The notes below the pieces were generated by a model. The model worked only from the letters and a program-made list of their open reading frames with translations, searched no databases and was not told where the DNA came from. A stretch of DNA of 33,589 bases from a virus (Duplodnaviria; Caudoviricetes). The stretch is taken from positions 1 through 33,589 of IMG/VR virus record IMGVR_UViG_3300042695_000544; one strand, 5' to 3'. Numbering within the stretch: the stretch's first letter is position 1; each line of letters starts with the position of its first letter. The position numbers and the translations under genes are program-made. Shown here piece after piece: positions 15,786 through 26,400 of the stretch.

Positions 15786-18700
15786 ATGCCTTCTTCAAAC
15801 CCAGTCGATTACGGCGCCGATCCCTGTGGACTGAGAAACAGCGCGTGGGCGATCAATGAATGCCTATTCGCTGCGCTGCGCTGCGACTTTCCAGTAGGGA
15901 CATTCCTGCTTGGGTCGAGTCCTGGTGCGAAGATTATCGACCGTGTCCGCACCGCAGGCGTTGCGACGTTCAACACGTCCACACCGCACGGGCTAGTGGT
16001 CGGCGAGAAGATCACCTTGTACGGGTTTACGGACGGTAGCTTCAACGGGACCGGGCCGTTACAGTTTGGATTTGCGGTTCTCAGTATACCTACTCCGACG
16101 CAATTTACAGCAGCGGTTCCTGGAGCTGATGCACCTCTGGTAACCGAAGATGGTTGGATCAACCTGATCGGCGGCGGTTACACCTCGTCACTTGTGATGG
16201 GATACCCACCGTTGACGGGCGTCATCAATAACATCGCATTCACCGGCCAGGGCATCGGTAAGACCACCCTGAAGTTTGCCGACCACACCTCCACGAAAAG
16301 AGGGGACACTTACGGCTTCAACATTCAAATGCTGAAGACCTTAGGGAATTACCCAGGGTTTGGAGTTGTAGGGGCACCTGGAGCTTATGCAGGTGCGCCG
16401 CTAGACAGCATCAACTGTAAAAACACTCTAATCGAAGGAATCACGTTTGACGGCAACTACGCCAACAATTCGGTCGCAGACACTAAGATAATTTCCATTC
16501 AACGAACAAGCGGTGTAAACACTTACAATACGGCGTATCCACACTTCATTACACCGACTACAACACCGGCCTACACTCCTCCGGTTGTTCCTGCTCCGTA
16601 CACCAATGTTAGCGCAGTCAACCAGTACATAAGTAATGTAATTACAGTTGGACCAGGAAACGATTCTTCGTTTGTTGGATTTGGTCAGGTTGAAAACATT
16701 ACCTCGATGTCTTTTCAACGCGATCTCAGGGCTGTAATTATTGGTGCACTTAGGGTAAATTACATTACTTTCAGCTACATAACACTAACAAAACACCCGT
16801 CTTGGAACTTTGGATTTACCGTTGGTGATTCAATCATTGTCACGGGGATGACGGATGCAACATTCAACGGAACTTTTACGGTTGCAGGGTTTGTTTCAGC
16901 CAACGAAGTTTACTTTCTTGATACTGCACCAAATCCAACCATTACGCTTCCCGCTCAAAACGGACGCGTCTACTCTCCGACACAATACCCAGATGTCTTG
17001 TTGACGGCTCAATCAACAGCTGGCGTAAACTCGTCATTTACCGTCGCGGGAATCAACCACGTCGGCGAGAACGCGCTCATTCAGAACAACCAGTTCTACG
17101 ATTTTGGAGTTGGAATTGCGGATGCCGAGACGTTTATCGTGAAGTCGTTTCTTCCGATGAATGTTCCTGACAACACTCAGGGAGCAAGAGTGCTGAACAA
17201 CGATTTCAGCTACCAAGGACGCAACTCGATTCAAAGCACCCTGTACCCCGGTAGCGCAGAATCGAACACTCAGTGTGTGGTTGGCGGGTTTTCGAGTCTG
17301 ATTAACCCGATCAATGTGGTTTCTCGCGTTGGTGGAGTTGCGACCTACACCTGCGTGATGAAGCACACGTTGAGGGTAGGGGATGTGGTGCTGGTGACGA
17401 TGACTGCGGTTCAATTTGCTCAGCGCAATGCTGGTATAGCTACGTATACGACTTATGGAAGGCATTTCGCCAATGTTGGCGCAACGGTTAAAATTCAAGG
17501 TATTGTTACTGATGCTTCATTTAATGGAACTTGGACGGTTGCATCTATTATAGACGATTTGAATTTTACTGTTGTTCAGGCGTTACCAAACGTATTTCCA
17601 GCAGTAGTAGCTAACGTCACACTTTACGTAAATTCGACAGTGGTAAGCATTCCGGACGCGTTTAAGTTTACTGTTGCCGCACCTGGTCCAGACATACTCC
17701 CCGGCCTCTACCTCGACGGCCAGGTAACCATGCTCCGAAGCCAGCGCATTTTTGCTACAGGATGCGAGTTCAAATACAACCGGGTTCAGGGTGGACCCGA
17801 CCCCGTTAATCAGCAGAGTCCGGTTACTGCTATCACCGTTCGTGAAGCCAACGGCGCGGATATCAGCTACAACAATTTCGACGGGTTCCGTGGCACCTGC
17901 TTCTACGTCGATTCCTACCAACACAAGGGAACCCACATCCATCACAACTCGGCGCTGAACATATCAGCTTTTATTGCCTTGGTTGTGCAGGATTGGTTTA
18001 CGTTGATTTCAGGGGTTCCAACTATTACTAACCCAGAGGCTTACTCAACCTTGATCTCAGGGCATAAGGATATGTTGATCGAGAACAACGATGTTCTCCT
18101 GACAGGACCGGGATCGTGGTTCTACCAGACCGCGTACACCCCCTTGGACGCCGTTTTCCTGGTCAACAACCATGATGTCAACAAGTCCACCTGGTACTAC
18201 CCGACGGACTACCAGATACCGATCAATCCTCCGCTTGCGGTTCCGGCGGGCGCGTCAAGAGATGGTAGCGGTATCTCAACATTCACCACCACATCAGCTC
18301 ACGAGCTTCAGGTGGGAATGGAAATTTCGACGATTAGCGTGTCAGACGGCACGTTCAACGGGGTGTTCACGGTCCTTTCCGTTCCAGCTTCGAATCAGTT
18401 TACGGTTTCCAATCCAGGTGTGGTCACTACATCTTCCGGCGGATTCCTCGGCATCAACAGCCCGATCAACTTCCCGTGGGAAATCAAACCCATCGGATTC
18501 CAGCGCACCGCTGGAGTGGCCACGTACACGACAAACAAGGCGCACCAGATACTCCTTGGATACCACGTGACCGTTGAGGGGCTCAGCAACGCTTCGTTCA
18601 ACGACCAAGTAATCGTAACCGGAACCCCGACAACCACGACGTTTACCTGCGCGAGTCCTGGCCCAGACGTGGCGTTCACCTCCTCGATCGGCAACTTCTT

Positions 18701-18932
18701 TCGGTACGTCGATAACATCCAGATTGGATGCAACAGCGTCCGAAGGCTCAGTGGACAAGGTTTGGTCCGCAATAACGGAGGCCAGTTCGGTAACGCATTT
18801 CTCACAGGGCGCCCGAACCGCTGTGTTGCGCCTCTTGAGCAGTTCTTCTATTTCGATTGTCCCGAGGGCTGTTTGGCGCTTGAATGCGACCCAGGCCCGT
18901 GTAAGCCAAACGACTACCTTTACCGCATCTAG
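15786..18932 (+). CDS. Tailspike: right-handed beta-helix with about seven inserted repeat modules
   Basis: Pectate-lyase-3-like start NPVDYGADP.G...AIN...FPVGTFL; coils IEGITFDGN, IQNNQF, ISYNNF, IHHNS, IENNDV; repeats R..GVAT.TT...H....G..V...G..D..FNG.F.V. Confidence 0.8.
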   Translation: MPSSNPVDYGADPCGLRNSAWAINECLFAALRCDFPVGTFLLGSSPGAKIIDRVRTAGVATFNTSTPHGLVVGEKITLYGFTDGSFNGTGPLQFGFAVLSIPTPTQFTAAVPGADAPLVTEDGWINLIGGGYTSSLVMGYPPLTGVINNIAFTGQGIGKTTLKFADHTSTKRGDTYGFNIQMLKTLGNYPGFGVVGAPGAYAGAPLDSINCKNTLIEGITFDGNYANNSVADTKIISIQRTSGVNTYNTAYPHFITPTTTPAYTPPVVPAPYTNVSAVNQYISNVITVGPGNDSSFVGFGQVENITSMSFQRDLRAVIIGALRVNYITFSYITLTKHPSWNFGFTVGDSIIVTGMTDATFNGTFTVAGFVSANEVYFLDTAPNPTITLPAQNGRVYSPTQYPDVLLTAQSTAGVNSSFTVAGINHVGENALIQNNQFYDFGVGIADAETFIVKSFLPMNVPDNTQGARVLNNDFSYQGRNSIQSTLYPGSAESNTQCVVGGFSSLINPINVVSRVGGVATYTCVMKHTLRVGDVVLVTMTAVQFAQRNAGIATYTTYGRHFANVGATVKIQGIVTDASFNGTWTVASIIDDLNFTVVQALPNVFPAVVANVTLYVNSTVVSIPDAFKFTVAAPGPDILPGLYLDGQVTMLRSQRIFATGCEFKYNRVQGGPDPVNQQSPVTAITVREANGADISYNNFDGFRGTCFYVDSYQHKGTHIHHNSALNISAFIALVVQDWFTLISGVPTITNPEAYSTLISGHKDMLIENNDVLLTGPGSWFYQTAYTPLDAVFLVNNHDVNKSTWYYPTDYQIPINPPLAVPAGASRDGSGISTFTTTSAHELQVGMEISTISVSDGTFNGVFTVLSVPASNQFTVSNPGVVTTSSGGFLGINSPINFPWEIKPIGFQRTAGVATYTTNKAHQILLGYHVTVEGLSNASFNDQVIVTGTPTTTTFTCASPGPDVAFTSSIGNFFRYVDNIQIGCNSVRRLSGQGLVRNNGGQFGNAFLTGRPNRCVAPLEQFFYFDCPEGCLALECDPGPCKPNDYLYRI

Positions 18933-18934
18933 CC

Positions 18935-19918
18935 ATGCCAACCATTGACATTTCCGCTGGCACACTGCCGCCACCAACCTGCTACGCCTCGGAACAGGAT
19001 CGGCTTGACGCCTACGCCGCCGCGTTGATTGGTAACCTGAACACTGGAGCAGAGTGGGCAAGCTCTCAGACCGTGCCCGGGAACACTGGACTCTACTGGC
19101 TTCGCACCGACATCAGTAATCGCCCAGTTGAGGTGTTGAAGTTTTCGTCGGCGGCCGGAGATGCTCAGTTTATTCGACTGTCGAGTGAAGTGGTGTTTGC
19201 CGGAACTGCTAGCGGCGCCGCTGGAGCTTACGCAGTCATAAACTCGCCGCCATATCCAAGCCCAGGGTCCGCCTATCGGACCGGCCAGATTTACACCTTC
19301 CTTGCGAATCACACCAACACTGCCGGCTGTACGTTGAACGTCGATGCTCAGGGCGCCAAGACGATCACAAAGGACGGCACAGCGGCGCTAATAGCAAATG
19401 ACATCCTGATTGGGCAGGTGGTTTCAGTGCTGTACGACGGGGTGAATTTCCAGTTGCTTACGCAGAAGCGGGATTTTACACGGCTGAGTTTAAAGCAGTT
19501 TTTGACGTATGCGTCAGCACCAATACCAATCGTTCAGAATGGCGTTCTGATGCCGTTTAATCACGGTTTTGGCGTGATGCCGTTCATGGTTCGAGCCGTG
19601 CTAATTCGTCAAACTGGTGTCCCAGGTTCGTTTAGTACCTTTACCGATTCACTGCCAAGCCCTGCGGTGACTTTTGATTGGTACGAAGGCCAAGAGGTTG
19701 ACTGCTTAAATTTCGTTGCGGATCGAACAAGCGACTTGCCGGCCTTCAAATATCTTTGCGATCCAACTCAAGTTAATGTCCAAGCGGTTGCGTTTAATTC
19801 GACTCTTGGCGGCATCATTTTCCCCTACATGACGCCGCCGCTTGGAACCTCAAGTAACGCGTCAGATTACAGAATCAAAGTCTACGCTACCGCACTAAAC
19901 CCGGCTTACGTCCCATGA
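18935..19918 (+). CDS. Tail fibre/virion protein
   Basis: YRTGQIYTFLANHTNT...TLNVD..GAKTI...DI..GQVV.V.YDG.NFQL is a common phage fibre domain; then FNHGFGVMP. Confidence 0.75.
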   Translation: MPTIDISAGTLPPPTCYASEQDRLDAYAAALIGNLNTGAEWASSQTVPGNTGLYWLRTDISNRPVEVLKFSSAAGDAQFIRLSSEVVFAGTASGAAGAYAVINSPPYPSPGSAYRTGQIYTFLANHTNTAGCTLNVDAQGAKTITKDGTAALIANDILIGQVVSVLYDGVNFQLLTQKRDFTRLSLKQFLTYASAPIPIVQNGVLMPFNHGFGVMPFMVRAVLIRQTGVPGSFSTFTDSLPSPAVTFDWYEGQEVDCLNFVADRTSDLPAFKYLCDPTQVNVQAVAFNSTLGGIIFPYMTPPLGTSSNASDYRIKVYATALNPAYVP

Positions 19919-21012
19919 GAAAAACCCTCGCCCAAGCCAAGAACTCCACGATCCCGCAGGCAGTCGGTCTGGCCACCTGCGACGAGCGTTTCGTCCAGCT
20001 GCTTAACGAGGCTCAGGCTCGCTTGGCGGACATGGGTAAGTGGTGGGGTACGTACAAGAAGCTGCGCGTCTGCGTCACCGCTGGCTGCATCACCTGGCCT
20101 CGCGAGGTCAAGACGATCGAGGCGATGAACCTCTGCGGCTACAACATCCCCATCCAGAACCAGTGGTACGAGTTCCAGACGGACACCCGGGCACCACGCA
20201 CCGGATGCGGCCGGGAAGGATGCGAGCAAGACCAGCTGCTGGATCGTGGCATGGTGACGCAGTTTCGGGATTTCACAGGCGCGTCTAAGATCCGCATCTA
20301 CCCGCAGCTAGCAGCTGATGCAGGCAAGCGCGTGCTGCTTCAGGGTTTGAATGCTGCCACCAACCAGCCGATCCGGACCTTAGATGCGGTAACTGGAGAG
20401 TACGTCTGGGGTGAGTACGTGACGCTACCCAACCCATCGGTGGTCGCATACGTCGAGACATCCGCAATAAACATCTTCAAGATGCCAGGTCTGACTGGCG
20501 CCCAGAAGCCATTGACCCAAGGGAGTCTAACGATCAACGCGGTTAACACGACGACCGGCGTACAGACCCAGATCGCCATTTGGGGCCCGAGCGAGCAGAA
20601 CCCTGAGTACCGACGCACCTACCTTGTCGGGATGCCCGAGGTGTGCGGTGGCGCCAACTCGTGCAGCACCACTCAGGACAACTGCTGCATCGACAACGGA
20701 GACGGCTGCGTGCCAGCAGACGAGACTTGCACCAACACGGTCGTGGAAGCGATCGTTCGCCTGGACTTCATACCGGCGATCGTTGATTCAGACTGGCTGT
20801 TTATCGGGAACCTCCAGGCGATCAAGCACATGATGAAGGCGATCCAGAAGGAAGACCGGAATCAGTACACCGAGGCTGAGCGCGAGATCCAGCTAGCACT
20901 GCGGTCGCTTCGGAATGAGCTTGAGGCGTACAGCCCCAACGAGCGCAGCGTAATTAACGTGCAGCCGTTTGGGTCCGCGAAGATTCAATTTCGGTTCGGT
21001 GGATTCATCTGA
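19915..21012 (+). CDS. Probable head-tail adaptor / tail tubular protein
   Basis: N-terminal helix LLNEAQARL..W, C-terminal helical A..E...AL..L; size and position fit a T7 gp11 / P22 gp4-like role. 12 Cys. Confidence 0.6.
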   Translation: MRKTLAQAKNSTIPQAVGLATCDERFVQLLNEAQARLADMGKWWGTYKKLRVCVTAGCITWPREVKTIEAMNLCGYNIPIQNQWYEFQTDTRAPRTGCGREGCEQDQLLDRGMVTQFRDFTGASKIRIYPQLAADAGKRVLLQGLNAATNQPIRTLDAVTGEYVWGEYVTLPNPSVVAYVETSAINIFKMPGLTGAQKPLTQGSLTINAVNTTTGVQTQIAIWGPSEQNPEYRRTYLVGMPEVCGGANSCSTTQDNCCIDNGDGCVPADETCTNTVVEAIVRLDFIPAIVDSDWLFIGNLQAIKHMMKAIQKEDRNQYTEAEREIQLALRSLRNELEAYSPNERSVINVQPFGSAKIQFRFGGFI

Positions 21013-21476
21013 TGACTGAGGAGCTTCCAGTAGCCGTTCAACCTGTTACGTGGCTCGATATCCTGACGGATGAGACCATCACGTTCGACGATCGTTTGGA
21101 CAGATGGGAAGCGTTCGTGGCGAATCTTCCGCAGCAGGAGTGCCCGCTGAAGCACACGTTCCCAGAGGGGATGTACGTGCGTGAAATCTTCATGCCGGCC
21201 GGGTCAATCGTAACCAGTCGCATCCATAAGTTCGACAATCCGTTCTTCATCACCAAAGGCAGGGTCACGGTGGTTAGCGAGAACGAGGGTATGGTGACCT
21301 ACACGGCGCCGTATTCGGGCATCACCAAGCCAGGAACTCGCCGCGTGCTGTTGATCCATGAGGACACCATTTGGACCACGGTTCACCTCAATCTGGATAA
21401 CAAGACGGATCACGAAGAGCTTTTGAACGACCTCACTTACGTGGGTCAAAACCAATACTTACTATGTCATTCGTAG
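21012..21476 (+). CDS. Cupin-fold protein
   Basis: HTFPEGMYVREIFMPAG....SRIHK...FITKG.V.V...PGTRR....HEDTIWTTVH, a double-stranded beta-helix pattern. Confidence 0.8.
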   Translation: MTEELPVAVQPVTWLDILTDETITFDDRLDRWEAFVANLPQQECPLKHTFPEGMYVREIFMPAGSIVTSRIHKFDNPFFITKGRVTVVSENEGMVTYTAPYSGITKPGTRRVLLIHEDTIWTTVHLNLDNKTDHEELLNDLTYVGQNQYLLCHS

Positions 21477-22234
21477 CATCGGCAGTTGGGCCAGTAATCG
21501 CAGGCGGAATTGTGTCGGCAGGAATTGGCGCCGGTATGTCGGCATCGTCTGCTAGCGCCTCGCGCCGGCAGGCCCGTGACGCCGCTAACCTCCCGGGAAT
21601 CAACATTGGCTCAGTGATGGGAGAATCCTCCCTAAACGCGCCTCGTGCCCGTGAAATGGAGGCTGAGCGAAATGCGATTAGTCGCGCCCAGCTGCTGGAG
21701 TCACTCGGCATTCAGATTCCTGGTTATCAAGAAGGCCAAGCTCAGCGCACGCAGAACGCGCTAGCGCTGCTTCGAGGGGAACTGCCACCTGATGTGCTAG
21801 CTCAGGTTCAGCGCAAGGCCGCTGCTCAAGCTGTTCAAGGAGGTTACGCAGGAAGCGGAGCTGGAAGGAATCTCGTGGCGCGAGACATCGGCAGGAGCAG
21901 CTTGGATATGGCGAATCTTGGCGCTCAACAATTCGCCAACATCATCGGAACCACACCAATGGCACCGCTAGCCAACTACGAGTTTACCCCGCAACAGATA
22001 GCGGCCCTACGAGGTGGTGAGCGTGGCGCCCAGCAACAGGCGCTACTTGGTGTTGCCGGTATGCCAAGCGGAACTGGTGTCGCGGGTCAGGCGTTGGGAT
22101 CGCTTGGATCAGGGTTGACTAACCTTGGATTCGCGCAGCTGGGGGCGCAAACTCGCGCTGCCGGCAGCGGAGGTGGTGATTGGAATTATTCAACCGGAAT
22201 GCCGACAGGTTACGGTCGCCAAGGACTAAGCTAA
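21464..22234 (+). CDS. Ejection / DNA-transfer protein 1
   Basis: G/A/Q-rich with hydrophobic Gly-rich termini, IPGYQ motif, no Cys; first of three genes of increasing size. Confidence 0.7.
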   Translation: MSFVASAVGPVIAGGIVSAGIGAGMSASSASASRRQARDAANLPGINIGSVMGESSLNAPRAREMEAERNAISRAQLLESLGIQIPGYQEGQAQRTQNALALLRGELPPDVLAQVQRKAAAQAVQGGYAGSGAGRNLVARDIGRSSLDMANLGAQQFANIIGTTPMAPLANYEFTPQQIAALRGGERGAQQQALLGVAGMPSGTGVAGQALGSLGSGLTNLGFAQLGAQTRAAGSGGGDWNYSTGMPTGYGRQGLS

Positions 22235-22240
22235 AATTTT

Positions 22241-23446
22241 ATGGCAAACCCCTTCTCAGGACTCGAAAACATCGGACAATCGTACCTCGCAGGACTCCAG
22301 CTGGCGAATCAACGCCAGGCCAGGGAGGAAGCAACAGCGCAGCGTGGTGAAGAGACGCGGATGCGAGGGCAGTATTATACCCAGATGGGCGCCGACCGGG
22401 AGGCTGCCTTGAAGGAACGTATTCAGGCGCGACTTGATGCGGCAGCTAGCCAGTTTGGTCAGGATTTAATTTTGAATCCTCAAGGTTTACCCGACTACGC
22501 AGGATCTGCTTTGAGACGCGATCAAAGGTTGAAGGCTCAGAATTTGAGTTCAGCTTACGGCTTGCGAGCTGGTGAGTTTAACATCACCGAGCCGCTGGCT
22601 GCGGAAATAACTGAAAGCCCAGAATTTAAGACTGCATTTAATCAGGGGCTTGCTCGAAAACTTCAACGGGAATCAACCACTGAAAATGCGCTAGCACGTC
22701 GTGGTTTGGTTAAACTTCCAGGAGCGGTCGAAGATCAGATTGCTGGCCGGCCGACCATGTTCGGTATTCTTGAGGGACAGCAGGATATGTCTCAGTATCC
22801 TCAGACTACCATCGGTGGCTCCAGGTACGCCTACGTTGGACCAAGCCCGAGGTCTGCGGCGTTAAAGGGACCCAAGATTATCATCGAAGAAGGACCAGAG
22901 GGTCGTAAAAGGAAGTTTGAAGGAACTCTTGAAGAAGCTCGCGCTTACGAGGCTTCGTTGCTAGCTAAGCCTGATAAGGAGCCTGGCATTAACGATGACA
23001 TTGACGCGGCGCTGAAGAAGCTCAGGACGCTAGGCGCTAGAGACGCAGGTGAAGTTAATGTCTATCGAACCAAGACAGGAGACATTGATGTACGCCCTGA
23101 TACGTTTGGTTTTGGGGACGAATCAACCGGCCTTAGCGTAGCTGATGCCATAACCCGGTTGGAAAACGAACGCTTGCGGCGCGCTGAAGCACTTGGCGGC
23201 ACGCCTGCTACCGGAAAACCCAAGAACCGCGCTGAAGCGGCAGCTCAGCAAGTCAAGAGGTTTACTCTTGAACAAGCCATGGGAACGCTGCCTCGACGGC
23301 CGGCACCGCTTGGTGCTCCGGTAATTAAACCCGGCATTCCAACGACTAACTCTCCGGCCGCACCTTCCGGACCAATCCAGTTGTCACCGGAAGACTTGGA
23401 CCTCATCCTGAACCAGCTAGATAGCGAAAACCCCGTAGAACTCTGA
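22241..23446 (+). CDS. Ejection protein 2
   Basis: MANPFSG...GLQLANQRQAREE helical start, no Cys, between ejection proteins 1 and 3. Confidence 0.65.
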   Translation: MANPFSGLENIGQSYLAGLQLANQRQAREEATAQRGEETRMRGQYYTQMGADREAALKERIQARLDAAASQFGQDLILNPQGLPDYAGSALRRDQRLKAQNLSSAYGLRAGEFNITEPLAAEITESPEFKTAFNQGLARKLQRESTTENALARRGLVKLPGAVEDQIAGRPTMFGILEGQQDMSQYPQTTIGGSRYAYVGPSPRSAALKGPKIIIEEGPEGRKRKFEGTLEEARAYEASLLAKPDKEPGINDDIDAALKKLRTLGARDAGEVNVYRTKTGDIDVRPDTFGFGDESTGLSVADAITRLENERLRRAEALGGTPATGKPKNRAEAAAQQVKRFTLEQAMGTLPRRPAPLGAPVIKPGIPTTNSPAAPSGPIQLSPEDLDLILNQLDSENPVEL

Positions 23447-23447
23447 T

Positions 23448-26400
23448 ATGCCCATCGAAGTCGATTTTGGAACGGAGCTTGGAACCGTAGTATTCCCTGA
23501 AGATTACACCCAAGAACAAGCATTCGACTTCGTTAAGCAGAATCGAAAGCAGATCCAGCAAAACCTAATCCAGCGGCGGCAGCAAGAAATGGCCGGCGAG
23601 ACTGAGCAGCTGGAGGCGGCTAAGTACCGTGCGGGCGAGTATGGAGCCGTCGAGACTGCGCTTAACACACTCTCCGAGTTGCCGCGTATGGCGCTTGAGG
23701 GAACCGGCGTAACACTCAAGGGAGCAGCTAGGGCCGCTAAATTTTTTCCTCCTCCAACAGTCAATCCTTACACCGGAAGGAAGATTGAGCAGACTGCCGA
23801 AGTCCCACTGGAGCAAGAGCCTCTTTACCGCGCCGGTCAATCCATTCAAGAGTTTGGAAAAGAAACCTACCCGGGTCTCCCTGGCGTGCGAGAGTCCATA
23901 CCCGCTCAAATTATGGGCGGCATTGGAAGTACGGTTGCTACACTTCCAGCTGCGCTGATTGCTGGTCCAGCCGCTCCTCTTGGGGCTGCTGTATCTTACG
24001 GCCTCCAATCAGGTGAATCAGCAGCTGAAGACGCTGATGCCACGATCAACCGTCGTATTTCCGAGGCTCTGGCAAACCAGCAGTACGATGTCGCTGCGGA
24101 TCTTCAAGATCGCCGCGAGCAGACGAAAAACTTGGCATTTATCACAGCCGCTCCGATTGGCGCCGCTACCGAGGGTTTGTTGGGTGCTGCACCCAAGGTG
24201 GCAAGGCGTTTCGTCACCGGCCAGATTGGAGGCATCGGAACACGACTGGCCGAAAGCTTGGTGCCTAAGTCTGCAAAGTTCCAAAGTAAATTCCTTGGAG
24301 CCACAGGTGCTGAACGTGTCCGGGGCGCTGTCGAGGCGCTAGCCACTGAGGGCGTCCAAGAATCAGCTGAGCAGCTTGGAGGAAACATTGCCGCAGCTGC
24401 GGTCTACGATCCCGAACGCGGATGGCTTGATGGCGTTGCACAAGCGGGCTTCGTTGGTTCCCTATCTGGAGGCATCGTTGGCGGTCTCGTTGGTTCAAGC
24501 CGCAATGCTAAATTAGCTGGTGCTGCAAACGAAGCACTTGGAGGTGATCCGACAAACCCGCTGCCGCGTGCTAGCTCAACGGTTGCAGGTCTTGAAGACG
24601 GTCCTCAACCCACCGGCCCGATCGACATTGAGCCCGAGATTACGCCGGAGGATGTCCTGCGAATGTCTCAGGAAGCTGGGATTCCCATGCCGGCCGAAGA
24701 GGTGGCCCCTGTGCCCGCCCCGGTGGTTACCCCGGTGGTTGCGCCTGCACCAGAACCGCAGGCCGTCGTAACTCCCGCCCCGGCTCCCGCCCCTGCGCCC
24801 GCCGCCCCCGCCGCAACTGTCGATTCCGAAACCGGCCTAGCTCCCGACGAGCAGGATGAACTCGACCAGTTACTCACGGCCGAAGATGCCGGCCTGCTGA
24901 GCGAAGAGGGTGCTATCACTCTTGCAGGTTACCGCGCCCGATTGGGTGGGGTTGAGCCTGCTGCAATACAAACTCAACCTACCATATCCAGTGCCGTTCA
25001 AGAACAAGGCCCAAATGAAGGCGTGCTACGCGCAGAAGAGCAGCAACCCCCAATCGAAGTGGGACTGCGACAAGTGGATCAAGGAGGGCGGCCTGCCGAA
25101 AGCAGCGGGGCCGAAGTCCAAGTCACCCCGCAAGAAGTACGGCAAGTAAAGGCACGGGTAGCGCCAGCTCCGGTGGTCGAGGTCACCACATCCACGAAGC
25201 TCCCCAAGAATCTTGCCGGTGCCAAGCCCCGTTACAGCATCTCTCAGGATACGTACCTGCCGAGATTTGACAGCGACTTTGATCTCGCTGCGTACATCGT
25301 GACGCAGACAAAAAAATCTGATAGCGACGCGGATTATTTGAAGTGGGCAGTCGAGCGGTCTGGAATGACTCCAGAGGAAGTCCGTAAACACGGCCTTCAG
25401 GTTCGTGCTGAACTCAAGAAGCTAGCAGCTAAGACGAAGGCTGGAACTGCACAGAAACCTGCTGCGTTGGTTGTGCCTTCGGTGACGATTACGATGCCGG
25501 AGGTGGAGGCTACGGCGACTCCAGTGTCGGCGCCGGTTGCGGCCCCGGTAACCCCTGCCCCTACTCCAGTAGCGCCTACTCCGACTCCCGCCCCCGAGTA
25601 CACTCCAGCACGAATAAACAGCCTACTCCGAAAGCTCAAGGCCAAGGCCACAGCTGTCGGCAAAGGGTTGTACGAGATCAAAAATCTAGCCCCAGGACAG
25701 AGGTTGGTTCTCCGCACCCGCTTTGGAGGGCTTCAGGAAACCGACCAATTTCTGCTGCAAGAGAAATCGCAGGTTACAGGATATCCTTCAGACGAAGGGT
25801 TTATACTGCGCGACAAGCAGGAGGCCGTGGCTGGCGAAACGCCGAGGCCTGCGCCTAAGCCCGCTCCTATTGGTCCTAAGCCCGATGATGAACTCACCGA
25901 GCAGCAATACTACGACGCACGGGTCAAAGAAATTGCCCGGGACAACAAAGCTACCCAAGCCGAGGTACGCGAACAGTTTTCACGTGAAGACTCGAATCTC
26001 GAACATTGGCAGGCGATTCGGAATGCTGCTGAGTCTGGAAAGCAACTAAAGGTCGAAACGCTAAATCGACTGCCGGAAGCGCGGATTGAATTTCTTCGTA
26101 AGCAGTACCCTCAGTCTGTGCCGCAGGGATACATGGCGCCAGCAGTCAGTAAATCGGTCGCGGAAAAGCAGGCTGAAATGCGGGCGGCAAAACGTGGCGT
26201 TCGTCTTGCGCCTGCACCTGCAATCTCGGAGGAAGTTGAACTCAACGAGCTTCGTATCTCCAAGCAGCAGCGCGGCCGTTTGGGTCGCCTCACTGAAGAG
26301 CGGCTTCAGGAATTAGAGAAGAAGCTAGCACCTACACCTGCCGAACCTGTAGTCGCCGAACCCACCGAAGCCGAACTTCAAGCAGCTGAGGAAGCCCGCC

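Noticed and set aside
24700-24815. CCCGCCCC-type repeats (also about 25520-25600 and 31730-31830)
   Set aside because: They encode Pro/Ala linkers; no constant repeat-spacer period, so not CRISPR or iterons.
25723-26316. Other +1-frame ORFs inside the large gene (25723-26049, 26086-26316, 23959-24342)
   Set aside because: No recognisable family pattern or A/C-rich start context and R/S/L-rich off-frame composition, unlike the 24991 ORF.
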